Shown piece after piece: positions 62,560 through 64,000 of a stretch of DNA of 64,000 bases. Each line of letters begins with the position of its first letter. The stretch's first letter is position 1. The translations under genes were made by a program, and so were the position numbers. Source of the stretch: an uncultured Nitrososphaeraceae archaeon (GTDB taxonomy: Archaea; Thermoproteota; Nitrososphaeria; Nitrososphaerales; Nitrososphaeraceae); contig CAVZZA010000001.1 in the NCBI GenBank assembly GCA_963779615.1, positions 352,001-416,000 of the forward strand, given 5' to 3'. The notes beneath the pieces were generated by a model, which searched no databases, had not been told where the DNA came from, and saw nothing but the letters and a program-made list of their open reading frames with translations.

Positions 62560-62853
62560 AGATTTGAAAGGAAAATAGATTCCATAACAAAAACTATACC
62601 AAAACCTTATTTTAAAAAACACCAATAAAACTTTTAGAGAATATCCCAACCAACACCAAAATAATTTATGAGTATATTATTGCAGAACAAACCGAATTAA
62701 GTATCAAGGATTCTACTAAGGTAGGCAAGACAAAGATATTAGTTTGGCTTTCAAATTTTCATGAAAATAGTCCTTTAAAGAAGTGACCAAGCAGGAATAA
62801 TTGAATATTTCAACAATTTGCGAAAATCAAATGAAGAATCCCCTGCAATATAA
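62560..62853 (+). pseudogene. N-terminal relic of a Nitrososphaerales-type tyrosine integrase
   Basis: joined frames RFERKIDSITKTIPKPYF / KIIYEYIIAEQTELSIKDSTKVGKTKILVWLSNFHEN / SFKEVTKQ / IIEYFNNLRKS; recalled family similarity, no catalytic domain seen. Confidence 0.7.
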
Positions 62854-62895
62854 AAATATTAATAAATTCTTTAGGCCTCAAACCAAAAGATACCA

Positions 62896-63228
62896 TTAAC
62901 CAGTACTATTTGTGCCTCCTGTTTCAAGTGCCTGGTACTCCTGTAGGTTTCTCAATATGTGGAAGGCTGCAAGTGTTTTTAGTGCATTGTCTTTATCCAA
63001 ACCCTGAACTTTGTGAATTACATCACTCACTGAGGTATCCTGGCTTAACAACGGAAATTGCGATTTTATTTCACTTATTTTTTGTTCTACATTGATGTTG
63101 GGTTGATTTGTCCCGGTTGCGTTCAAGGGTTGCTGGGCAGCCGCCATGCTTAGGGGGTTGGCCACAAGTATTGTGGTTGCCAACAATATTACTGATGCAA
63201 TTGCGAAATAGTCTTTTGTGTTTGACAT
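62896..63228 (-). CDS. secreted hypothetical protein
   Basis: signal peptide, 110 aa. Confidence 0.7.
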   Translation of the reverse strand: MSNTKDYFAIASVILLATTILVANPLSMAAAQQPLNATGTNQPNINVEQKISEIKSQFPLLSQDTSVSDVIHKVQGLDKDNALKTLAAFHILRNLQEYQALETGGTNSTG

Positions 63229-63633
63229 TACCTTATTATGGTGATGTTCTGTATTAGAGTATTTTTAAATGCGCAAATAATTATAATTATGTGTGTATTT
63301 GTTGCCCAAATAATTAATACTGTCAACGAATAAAAATTTTCTTGTGAATAAAAAATATTATTCCATTTAATAAATACCAGTTTCATTTGAGAATGTTGTT
63401 AGAATGGATAAATTATGTTAAAAAACAAAATGTAATTATTTTGTTAATACCAGGGAAAAGGGTTCTATAGTAACAGGCACAAACAAATCGTATGAACTAT
63501 TAATTTATAATTTAACTTAAATTTCGGGAAATTGGTTTAAAATAACCAAACTGTTGTTGCAAACAGTTTGGGTGGATAATATGTTATTTGGATTATTTGT
63601 AACATTTACTCAATTTAAAAAAAGAGAAACAAT

Positions 63634-63864
63634 TCATGAGATTATCCTTGCTATCGCCGATTTTATTTCTCTCTCTTTGCACACGGGACATCGCATATTT
63701 TCACTGTTAAGACGTATACTACCTGTTAATTCGTAAAAAGTTATCTTCCACAAGCAAGATTTACACTTTATAAGATGTTTAAATGGCAGATTAATGCCAT
63801 TATTGTTTGAATCATTTGTTTCCAATAAGGTATTTATTTGTCTATGGACAAGACTCAATTGCAT
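63634..63864 (-). CDS. small zinc-finger hypothetical protein
   Basis: CKSC...CPVC. Confidence 0.5.
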   Translation of the reverse strand: MQLSLVHRQINTLLETNDSNNNGINLPFKHLIKCKSCLWKITFYELTGSIRLNSENMRCPVCKEREIKSAIARIIS

Positions 63865-64000
63865 CTTATGTACTGTACTTTGACAATATAACTAATTTCT
63901 AATGGGCCATTTTGCCATGAAATGCGCCATTTATGTCTACTAGTCAAAACAGATTTGTCAAAGCCACAGATCAAAGATAAACTGCAGATCATTACTTTTG

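Overview
AT-rich archaeal chromosome window from an ammonia-oxidising thaumarchaeon (Nitrososphaeraceae, most like Ca. Nitrosocosmicus), judged from amoC, a 4-hydroxybutyryl-CoA synthetase, GatDE, Cdc48 and the exosome/ribosomal-protein operons. Bases 1-52.9 kb are mostly core genes, including two his clusters, sat/cysH, a SelD-like gene, a CBS-HPF protein, one decayed IS5-family element and tRNA-Ser(TGA) with two introns. Several single-base frameshifts in core genes look like consensus errors. From tRNA-Ser(CGA) at 52908, which also has two introns, to the end is an accessory island. It carries five copies of a ~35-45 bp bipartite repeat (a conserved upstream arm plus a tRNA T-arm/3' fragment) that separate small cargo blocks: tautomerase, a high-GC LLM oxidoreductase and ArsR-SRPBCC-DUF899. 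A decayed tyrosine-integrase N-terminus follows the last copy. This looks like a tRNA-anchored, cassette-like tandem accretion array and is the most notable signal. All assignments come from reading the sequence and from recalled family motifs; no searches were run.
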